A stretch of DNA of 63,629 bases, the filler included, from Craspedostauros australis (taxonomy: Eukaryota): NCBI GenBank assembly GCA_030167865.1. It is 12 parts of 12 records of this genome, joined end to end, with 100 filler letters (N's around TTAATTAATTAA, not from the genome) between each part and the next. Parts side by side here need not be neighbours in the genome. Positions count along the whole stretch, not along the records: positions 7,814 to 15,073 come from JALAGF010004155.1; positions 15,174 to 21,150 come from JALAGF010004156.1; 10 more parts are not named here. One strand, written 5' to 3'. The position numbers and the translations under genes are program-made. The notes under the pieces are model-generated. The model was not told the DNA's origin. It saw only the letters and a program-made list of their open reading frames with translations, and did not search any database. This document shows positions 12,209 to 21,250 of the stretch, in pieces (position 1 is the stretch's first letter; the number at the start of each line of letters is the position of its first letter).

Positions 12209-12224
12209 TTGACGTCGACTTTGC

Positions 12225-12900
12225 TCCAACGTCTTATTTCAAGTTTGATGGAGTCTTGCAGATTTTGCCCTCATGTAGACACCGCTAGCACATTACGGCC
12301 AGACTCTGTGTCTTGGTGCATTGGTTGGCATCGCCAACAACAGGATTGTTGATGTCAACTTCAATGTGAATCTATTGTTTTAGTCCCTCCATTGCCGCTC
12401 TGACTCATTGCAGCAATTGTGTCCTCACATCTTGTTCCATCATCTCAGGAGATTTTGTGTTTTCCTTCATTGTTCGTGTCTCACAAATGATTCGCTCCCA
12501 TGCTTTGTTTGCTTCTTGTTGCAGCTCAATTTCCCCTTCTTCTTCTGTTGTCTGTTGTGCAAGCACAATTCCTGCGTCAGTGTTGTTTGCGTTCGTCAGT
12601 GGTTGGGCAATTGTTGTGTTTGTTGTGTTTGTTGTGTTTGTTGCATTTGCTGAAGTGTGCGATTCCGTTCGTTGTTGGTTAGGATTTCAACATCACACTC
12701 GTTGTCGAAAGTTGTGCCTTTGAGCACAGGAGGCAAGAGCTTGTTTGTTGTAGGTGGCGGAATGTGCTGCTTCCCATCCACATCCAGTGGAGGCAACAAC
12801 TTCTCAGCAGCACATGACGCAAAGAGTTCGTGCGATCAATTGGACCCGTTGGAAAGGGGCGCACGGAACAAGAGGATGGCAAACGCTGCTTCTTAGAGGG
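12225..12900 (-). pseudogene. Decayed ORF, probably a transposable-element remnant
   Basis: A single reading frame (…NATNTTNTTNTT…TEEEGEIELQQEANKAWERII…) is broken mostly by in-frame TGA codons, consistent with CGA-to-TGA change. The sequence is TG/CA-rich. Confidence 0.5.
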
Positions 12901-13479
12901 GGAATGAGTGGCAGTCTTGGATGCAGCTTGTGCAGTAGAGATATGCAGGATGTTTGTTGATTGCTTGATTGCTTGATTGCTTGATGGATACTGAAGGGTG
13001 AATGGAGAAGATTAATATGGATGGAAGTGAACTGGGCAGGAGCAGTGCAAGAAGGTGATGATACAAACACTGCATGAACATGCAACAAGCACATCACACC
13101 GCCGCGGAAAAGCAAAGGTTATTTATGTGCCGAAATGTGAGCAGATTTCTGACATGTCACCAGAGTCACAAATTTGAACGTGGAATAACGGTTATTCGCT
13201 ATGAAAATGTGTTCGAAGAGATCAAACCATGATGTGGCTGAAAAGCCAAATTCTATACGCAACCCGTCAAAAAAACATTCTTTCCCGAACGCGTCTGCGC
13301 ACACCATGTTGTTTGCATTGGAAAGATCAGTGAATGCCGTCTAATTGCCATGGAACAGCGTGACTAATCCATAGTCACATAGCTTGTCTTCATTGGGTGG
13401 CAGGGTTTCTAGCACCTTCAAGCTTGCCTCGAATTAATAGAGCCCAAACGTAATGGCTGTTGTCTTGTTGGCTGTTGTT

Positions 13480-14630
13480 TAGCTGTAGGCAGAGGCTTGA
13501 CTGGCAAGCGGTCCAAACGTGAGTCTTCTGTTCCACAAGTAGTCAATTGAGAATACTGGTAGATGGTGAAGAAAAGTGCGGATTATGAGATTAGTGCTAT
13601 GGTTCTTCCCTGCGGGGAGGATCTCCTGTGGTGTCCTGAATGACAGTGTGTATGGGTCGTGTAGCCCATGTACCGTTGGTTGAGATCCCTTGGCTGTGTT
13701 CCGTGAGAGACAAGGTGTGATGATGTGCGTTACTGGGGTACTGTTTCCTTGTGCCAGCGTTTTGGCGATGGTGGGTGTCAGTGGCTTGGTTATTGGAACC
13801 CTACTGGTTCCTTGACATGGGTTCCAAAGATCTGCTTCAATGTTCTGGATCTGTCCCCAAACGTGGGGGCCGGTGAAGTATTCATTCGATCTACTGGAAT
13901 GCTGACAGGTCGGATGATTCGTAGTCTCTCTCTCTAAGATGGGTACTAGTTTAGCTCTATTACAAATCATCCGGCTTGTTCCCTCCTGGTCAAGTTTGTT
14001 TCTTGTCACTGCCTCAGCTGTTTGAGTTGGTTTTGAGTGAGTCGATCTTGGTTGGAGGGAGAGTGCTGGAATCCCCAAAGGACAGGAAGGTGGGTGATAA
14101 AGTTTGAAGCATTGGAGGAAGTGTTATTTGAAGCGAGGGTGTGACAACTCTGTTGTCTTTTCCAAATTGTGGGTGATTCGATTGCTGCTGTTCCATTGCT
14201 TCTCTGCTTGTTGTTTACCTTCTCTTCTTCTCTCTTTCTGTTTCAGGCTCCTCGATCTCTTGTGTTAGACCCTCTTTGTTTCTCATTTGTTTGAATTGGG
14301 TCTTGGTCAGGCTTCACTATCCAATCACATCTCTTCTGGTGGGTTTGCGATGCTACCCAAGATGGTGCATTCTGTGTTCCCAAGTTTTTGCTGTGGTTTG
14401 ACTTTGTCGCTGCAGTCGATCATTTTGTGAGCTCCGCATTGCCATCAAATGGCCATTGTCGCACACTGTTTGAATTATCATTCCTTAGGAGTCTGGGCCA
14501 TGTGTAGCCATTAAGACTGTTGTGTTGGGTCTCTGCTGCAGAGTTGTGTGTACAACTTGCATCTCTGTTGTGTATCCCATCATCTTCCGACGGATGGTAC
14601 CCTGGAGTTATATGGGTCGGCTGTATCAAC
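13480..14630 (-). pseudogene. CpG-poor degenerate coding-like sequence of unknown origin
   Basis: Fragmentary ORFs (13479-14078, 14420-14629) with TG/CA excess relative to nearby genes and no recognisable motif. Confidence 0.3.
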
Positions 14631-14734
14631 CAGTCAATTATGTCCAGAAGTGACCCGCATATTCGACCAAGAGGACCGTAAATCTACGAAGCTCCACAAA
14701 AATTAAAATAAGACCTTTGAGCAAAATTGGGCTC

Positions 14735-14848
14735 CACTACGCATCTTATAGTATTATCTAGTTTATGAATACGGGAGTGGTTTGGTTGAAACGCCCGTAT
14801 GTTGCCACCCCTTTAGGCCGACTGTAAGTCCCCTCACTCAAGCGGGTC
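14735..14848 (+). repeat. Right arm of the diverged inverted repeat (partner 12092-12208)
   Basis: gtttatgaatacgggagtggtttggttgaaacgccc...taggccgactgtaagtcccctcactcaagcgggtc. Confidence 0.75.
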
Positions 14849-15173
14849 ATGGCTCTAGATAGATCGTCTGCAATCACCGCTTCGCCCAACAGCAACCAGC
14901 ACGGAGCACACCAACTTCAAAGAGGGGCCAAAATTCTACAACTGGAGTGTTATCGTGACACCGTTTGACGTTGGAGGCAGGCTGCACACAACCAACTCCC
15001 ACACGCTTTCATTTCGTGCATTGGTCGGCAGCCACATTGGCTGGCAACACGTGCTCTGTGGGTGGGACAGTGGNNNNNNNNNNNNNNNNNNNNNNNNNNN
15101 NNNNNNNNNNNNNNNNNTTAATTAATTAANNNNNNNNNNNNNNNNNNNNNNNNNNNNNNNNNNNNNNNNNNNN

Positions 15174-15718
15174 ACCAGCAAAGTGGGTACGAACGTCAAT
15201 TCAGCGCCTCAGACGTGGAGGCTAAAATGAACATGGTGGTGACATCCGATGTCACGGCCGCACAGCAACGCAATGCAGGATTCACGACGATGGATGATCT
15301 CCACACGACATCTGGTGCCACTTCATTCTTTGGTACGTCCATCCAATTTCAATGCCACTTTGTTGTTGTTTCTGGTGCTAGTTGTACGAGTATTGTTGTC
15401 GCGGATGTCTTTTGCGTGCCCGGCGTATTCTCACGCAGACATGAGACCAATTCACTCAATAACTGACTCACTCATGCGCATGTTTGTTTCTCCCACATTT
15501 TCTTCGTCGCTCCGCGCACAGAACCACCGCAAGAAATGATCATTGATCCTAACGGGATCGACAGCCGCCCTTCAGCGTGGAAGGCAAAGCGTATCGAACG
15601 AGTGCGGCAACAGCCAAAGTCGCCACACGAAGAATTGGCAATGCAAGCCAAGTACGCAGAGATCGAGGACGTGGGAGAACGAGCGTACCAGATACTGGTC
15701 GATTTGTACATGATATGA
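15174..15718 (+). CDS. 3' part of the plastid-targeted protein gene (redundant copy of 9603-10147)
   Basis: Reverse-complement match to 9603-10147, with the same intron (donor at 15333). Confidence 0.85.
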
Positions 15719-15944
15719 CGGCGAGACTTCGTCGTTTCTCTGGCAGGATTCATGGACACATTGCCAATTTTGGAACAATACGCAACATCATGTCGCTCAA
15801 ACGCGACTGTCCATGCGCCATCCTTGTTGCACACTAATACGTACCCACAAGAGTGCGAATTCGCACAGCGACCCATTCAAGCCTGGACCAAAGGAACTTC
15901 AACGCTATTACCGTCAATAGGGAAATCTGACCTTTTTAACAACC

Positions 15945-18900
15945 TCATCTATCAGTCACGCCGACGCTCTTGCGACGCTCCCGCAGTAACGACACCTTCT
16001 TGTCGGCGCCCCATTCCTCGTACAGTCGAATAGCCTCATCGAAATGATACCCCGCGCCCTCCATGTCATCCTCCAGCACCATGTGCTCCGCCAGCCGTTC
16101 GTTTGCGAGTGCTTGGTTCTGAGAGAACCCTCCTCGAGCAGCGGTCCGGATCGCATCCCGATAGAGCTTGACTGCAGCATGGAACGCGTCGTCTCTCTGC
16201 TTGCTCTTGTGCGCCTTCCATGCAGTTCTTTCCGCGCTCAGAATGGCAAAACAGTGCACCGCATTTGGGTTGCCCTTGTTCACCATGGCGCGCAGCGCCT
16301 TTCGCGATCGTTGGGCCAGCCGTTTGACCTTGTTGCGCTTTGACCATGAGAGATGGCCATTTTGGTGGACGCTGATCGTCGCGGCGAAGGAGGAAAAGAA
16401 AAAGAATGACATGCTCGAGATGTAGTACTTCGTATTCTCATTGACATGCTCATACGCCTCGAAGGCTGTCTTGACAGCATCGTCGTAGTCACCGAAGTAT
16501 GTCGCTGTGAACAGCTTGATGTCAAGCAGGTCAATGGTTTGTGCCTCATCCTTCGCTTGTGCAAGGCGTCGCATCACAGTGATTTCATCGAAGACCTCAC
16601 CGACGAGGAGGGTCCGTTGATCGGACCATCCTCTGAGATGCAACACCATTTGCCATCTGCTTGCAAGGAACTCACGCACCCTGGTTTGATTGAAGTCTTC
16701 ACATTGATTCGTGTATGTCGAAAGATCCAACTCCAGATCTCCCAACGGCTTCGCTGTGAAGAAGCACAGGTCCAAGTAATAGATTAGGACCCACATCGCG
16801 TTTTGAATATCTCCTGTCGCCATGCCGTCGAGATGTGCATCCAGGAGTGGTTGTGCGCAACTCTCGTACGGTATGAAGTTGGTCAGCACAAAGCCGTACG
16901 CAGCAAGTGTGGGACGGACTGATTCTGCCTTGCTGCTGTTTGCTTCGCACAAATGCATGGCGTAGTTGGCATACAGCTTCCCAGCTTCCATGTTCCCCAA
17001 AACAGGACCGATGGCCGCCGCAAGATTTGCGATGGCATACGCAGTGGAGTTTGTTGTGCCTTTCGTCAAACCATAGTTGATGAGGTCCACCAGGACCAAA
17101 GGGTAGAGAACTCCATCGGCAAGTATAGCACCCACCAAGCACTTACCCAAGGTCCTCATGGTAAGCCCGTCCATAGGATCTTCAGATGGCTGCATCGAGT
17201 TCAAATACTCGATCGTCCACTTCTTTGCGGATACTTGCAGTTTCATCATTCGCCATATGGTCATCACTAGTCTCATCGTGTTGTTCTTGGGATAGTGGTA
17301 ACCAAGCTTGGCCATCACCTCTACACCCAGCTTCATCACATCACTCGCTTTGCCATGATCGGCCGAAGCCAGTTCTCCATTTATCAGCACGTGATACGCT
17401 CTCATCTTGTCGATCAGCGGACAGTCGTCGCGCTCGACCACCGCATTGCCGTACTTCTTCATCTTCTCAAACCTGTTGCTCACATAAGCGCACTCTGCGG
17501 CTGATGTGAAAAGCTGGAGACTCATATCATAATGGGATTGCCAGTGGTCTGGTGGCATCATGTCGATGGTGTTTTGCAGATAGGCATATGCTGCCCGGAA
17601 GGCTGCATGGGATGCGGCCTTGATTCCAGCATCGAAGTTGAGCTGTGCAACTCGGAAGCGTCGTGTTTGTGTGATGTCGATGTCTTCCATTGATGTTGGT
17701 TTTGGCGTTGGGTACTGCGGGACCATGTCCAAGCAACTATTGAGAAGATTCACCACCACGAACAGTGACGACTCAAAGTCATCCAGAGATAGCCGATCCA
17801 TCAAGATGATCCCGATGCGATGCTGCAGCTCGAGCAAGTGCATCTTCGATGGGATCATTCCAAGTGCTGCTTCCTGCACCTTGTCGTGGATGAAGGAGTA
17901 TTCGGACGCAGCAGGTGACGGGGCTGCCATGGCTGTACGGCTACCGGTATGAGCCTCAATGAGTCCCTCCTCTTCGTACACCTTCAGGATGTCCAACCAT
18001 TCATCTTCGCTTGCAGGTGGTGGTCCACCAAACAACGACTCGTACAATGCACGATACCCATCCTCATTCATCTCATCGTCCTCCACGAAGCCCTCCAGCG
18101 CCGTTCGCAACAGCAACCACGAAAACGTGGATCCTAAACATGCGGCCAGCGGCAGCAGGTACTGCGCCGTATCGATCTGCTGCAGCTTCAGCTCCATCAA
18201 CTCCACCACGTTGATGGTTGCCGGAGTCTCTCGCTTGATCTGATCGTTGTCCCACACCCACTTCATCGATGCGATGTCGTATGACAGCAGGGTGTCCTTG
18301 ACGAGCATCCGGATGAACTGCTGGACGAAGAAGACGTTTCCATCCGTCTTCTTGAACACGATCTCTGCCAGTCCGTAGCTGCTGCGACTGTTGGTGTTGG
18401 TGTTGTCGTCGTTGAGAGTGGCAGTGATGGCGTTGCCCACACCTTCACTACCCACGCCGCCATCATCGTTGTAGATCCCCAGTAGCTGTTTGAGCATGGT
18501 ATGCACGTTGTCCAATGAGAGGTTGTTTACCTCGAGATTGACGTATCGAATGAAGCGCTCCCGTTTCTTCTTCTGGATGGATGACAGCATCTGGCCAACC
18601 AGATCGGCTGTGTTCGATGTGGCCACAGAGTCCAAGTCCGAAGTGCGCTTGTTGCTGGTGCCAATAGTATTCCTGACATTGCCTTCAGCATTGCTGGTGT
18701 TCCCATTATCGATTCCGTCCATGTTGACGAGGTTGGATCGGAAGCAGATGACGACCATGAGAGAGGAGATGGTGGTGTCCAGCATCCACGACTCGATCAT
18801 GTTGAGTGATTCCTTGTCTGCCCACTGGACATCGTCAGATACCCACACGAGGGGACAGCAGCTGCAGATGATCTTGATGAATCGTCGGAAGGCGAACTTG

Positions 18901-20018
18901 AGTCGAATGGACTGCTCCTTGAAGCCTTCTGCAGAGTGAGCGTGTGCACACTGACTTGCAGATGTTGCGGTGCTTTCGTCACCGTCGACGTGGTTGTCTT
19001 GTGTGTTTGTGTATGATAGCGCCTCGTTTCCGACGACATCGACCAGGTTGGGGATGAGCTTGTTGAGTGATTGCAGCTCATCGATGTTGAGATCATCCGT
19101 GATGCGCTGCTTGATCGCATCGAAGGTCTGGGTGTCCTCTTCTCCACGCTGCTTGGGGTCAACACGGCTTCTTGGAAGAGCGCAGATCTGCGAGCACAGA
19201 TCAGCCATCGCGATTCGGAAACCGGAGTATGGCTCATCCATCTGCTTGAGATCGAACTTTCCGGACACGAAGAAGACATTGCTCGCCTTGCACTTCGGTC
19301 GCATTGTATTGGCCAGGGCCGATTTTCCAGTGCCCGAGTATCCGGAGATGGTCACGAGAGATCGGATTGTCGTTGGCTGCGTTTTTGCATGTTGGCCGAG
19401 AGCGTTTTGATTGTCTGGGTTGGTCGCATTGCTCGCATAGCTTGCGTTGCTTTCCTCGTCATTCGGACCCGTTGACCTCTCTTCGTCTGGCGAAGATGGA
19501 GATGGTGGTGGGACTGCGGACGTTGGCTTCTTGAGGATCTGCTGGAATAGACGGTCGAGGACGCGCTTCTCCTTTTCTCGTCCGATGAGACTGATGCGCG
19601 AGAAGTCGAGAGAGTTTTGGGAGAGTTCCGCTAGCTTTCTGGCTGTGCGCATGCGGTTGGTCTCCGTTGCCAACGCTGGCCGATGTTCGAACATCTCATT
19701 TGGCGCACCATTCCGGCCAACGGAGAGCCTACCACCGATGGAGAACTTTCGAGATTGAAGATTCTCCGGACGCTGGCTGCTGACATCGATTCCGATGCCC
19801 GAGTCAGTGGACACTATTGATGGTGACCTCGAGTAGCTGAATGAATTGGTCGTGGACGAAAGACGTTGTTGATGGGCTGTTGGCTTTGCTTGCTCGTTGT
19901 TGTTGGCTGACGGAGAGCGATCGGAGGGGACACCAACACCAGCGGGATGAGATGCTGTAGTCCCCTCATCGAGCTTGCTGTCATCGCAGTGCGTGGTTCC
20001 AGTTATCATCATCTTCAT
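15945..20018 (-). CDS. AAA_16/STAND-like P-loop ATPase with a C-terminal helical (TPR-like) region, 1357 aa, intronless
   Basis: LIGREKE, Walker A GYSGTGKS, SGKFD, EPYS, Walker B-like WVSDDVQWAD, KTDGNVFFV, FIHDKVQEAA and terminal YEEWGADKKV. These match the central part of bacterial Ser/Thr kinase-AAA-GAF-His kinase proteins. Confidence 0.9.
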   Translation of the reverse strand: MKMMITGTTHCDDSKLDEGTTASHPAGVGVPSDRSPSANNNEQAKPTAHQQRLSSTTNSFSYSRSPSIVSTDSGIGIDVSSQRPENLQSRKFSIGGRLSVGRNGAPNEMFEHRPALATETNRMRTARKLAELSQNSLDFSRISLIGREKEKRVLDRLFQQILKKPTSAVPPPSPSSPDEERSTGPNDEESNASYASNATNPDNQNALGQHAKTQPTTIRSLVTISGYSGTGKSALANTMRPKCKASNVFFVSGKFDLKQMDEPYSGFRIAMADLCSQICALPRSRVDPKQRGEEDTQTFDAIKQRITDDLNIDELQSLNKLIPNLVDVVGNEALSYTNTQDNHVDGDESTATSASQCAHAHSAEGFKEQSIRLKFAFRRFIKIICSCCPLVWVSDDVQWADKESLNMIESWMLDTTISSLMVVICFRSNLVNMDGIDNGNTSNAEGNVRNTIGTSNKRTSDLDSVATSNTADLVGQMLSSIQKKKRERFIRYVNLEVNNLSLDNVHTMLKQLLGIYNDDGGVGSEGVGNAITATLNDDNTNTNSRSSYGLAEIVFKKTDGNVFFVQQFIRMLVKDTLLSYDIASMKWVWDNDQIKRETPATINVVELMELKLQQIDTAQYLLPLAACLGSTFSWLLLRTALEGFVEDDEMNEDGYRALYESLFGGPPPASEDEWLDILKVYEEEGLIEAHTGSRTAMAAPSPAASEYSFIHDKVQEAALGMIPSKMHLLELQHRIGIILMDRLSLDDFESSLFVVVNLLNSCLDMVPQYPTPKPTSMEDIDITQTRRFRVAQLNFDAGIKAASHAAFRAAYAYLQNTIDMMPPDHWQSHYDMSLQLFTSAAECAYVSNRFEKMKKYGNAVVERDDCPLIDKMRAYHVLINGELASADHGKASDVMKLGVEVMAKLGYHYPKNNTMRLVMTIWRMMKLQVSAKKWTIEYLNSMQPSEDPMDGLTMRTLGKCLVGAILADGVLYPLVLVDLINYGLTKGTTNSTAYAIANLAAAIGPVLGNMEAGKLYANYAMHLCEANSSKAESVRPTLAAYGFVLTNFIPYESCAQPLLDAHLDGMATGDIQNAMWVLIYYLDLCFFTAKPLGDLELDLSTYTNQCEDFNQTRVREFLASRWQMVLHLRGWSDQRTLLVGEVFDEITVMRRLAQAKDEAQTIDLLDIKLFTATYFGDYDDAVKTAFEAYEHVNENTKYYISSMSFFFFSSFAATISVHQNGHLSWSKRNKVKRLAQRSRKALRAMVNKGNPNAVHCFAILSAERTAWKAHKSKQRDDAFHAAVKLYRDAIRTAARGGFSQNQALANERLAEHMVLEDDMEGAGYHFDEAIRLYEEWGADKKVSLLRERRKSVGVTDR

Positions 20019-21250
20019 ATAATGGGTGCGGTCGCAGCGGGTATGGCTCTAGACTACACTTTCGCGTGCGAGCACAGGTATGGTTGCTAGTGTTGCTGCT
20101 GGTTTGCGAGTACGTCTTTTCGGGCATCGGGGGTCTCTCGATCACTGCGCTCTTTCCAGTTTGTGACTCCATGCCGCTTGCTGATGTGATGATGGGTGTT
20201 CCCTTCCTTCACATTGATCATTTCCGAATTGCTCATCTCGTTTTCCGTGCCGAGACACAGAACCCCATCTCCGCCAAAGCGTCATCGACCCTGCTCGGAC
20301 GGAATAACCGCAAAAGACCCACGAATTTGTCACTCCGATCGTGACTTCGTCGGGCCGATGACACAGGCTTTCTGCAACTGGGTGTGTCACAATGTCAACA
20401 CACGTGTCAATTGTTTGTGTCTGTGCGATCTGTGCTCAAACTCCGCAGTTCGGTCACTCCCCATGCGCTTTGGCATGGACAAATGTCCATCACGAATCAT
20501 CAATCAAGAAGGCTATGACATCACAATGTTGACCCGATCGACTTAACCACCTGGACGCGCGATCCACGCATGGTACCCGAACAGGCCAATCAACGAACAG
20601 ATGCCACGCTGCCTTCATCTGGCACTAACCTTCGGTTGGGGCAGGCACACCAGGATCAGGAAGTGAGTTGAAGTTCATCTAAAGAACGGACTACTGTGAT
20701 ATTGGTTCCAGATGTCAGCACTGTGAGACCGGCGTGTGCAGTGGTGAGATCGTGGGCTCTGGTTTGGAGGTAAATTGGTAATCGTTAGTTGTCGATTTAG
20801 TTGGTTTGCGTTGTTGAGTTGATTGAACTCTCGGATTATGAGATGATGACGAGATGTTGTTCTGTCAGAATGCAAGTTGCAGGGTCAGCAGCATCTCCCG
20901 TGTAATTCGTCGTGATCATCATCCTCATTCGNTTTGGGTCCTCGCAATACACCGTGTTGTACTTCATTTGGTCTTGGGTTGCGATGGCACTCCGAGGTCG
21001 TGCTCGGTTGGTCGATAGTTATCCAGATCCACGATCGATCCAGAATCTTTCGCCGTGCTTTGATAAAACATAACACACAAGGAACATTGTTGAAAAAATG
21101 GCGCGCATGGTTCCTGGAGTCGTGATTGATTTGATTGAGGAACAAAATTCNNNNNNNNNNNNNNNNNNNNNNNNNNNNNNNNNNNNNNNNNNNNTTAATT
21201 AATTAANNNNNNNNNNNNNNNNNNNNNNNNNNNNNNNNNNNNNNNNNNNN

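Noticed and set aside
13440..14734. 8-bp inverted repeat gagcccaa/ttgggctc as TIRs of a nested DNA transposon
   Set aside because: Too short to be significant, and no matching target-site duplication.
14735..14848. Hammerhead ribozyme or tRNA in the inverted-repeat arm
   Set aside because: No CUGANGA core, and no cloverleaf with a T-loop could be drawn.
7814..17507. Real inverted segmental duplication or tandem paralogues of the ATPase
   Set aside because: The copies look identical and end exactly at contig edges, which is better explained as redundant contigs.
20400..21150. Possible gene or element upstream of the ATPase
   Set aside because: Only short ORFs with no recognisable motif.
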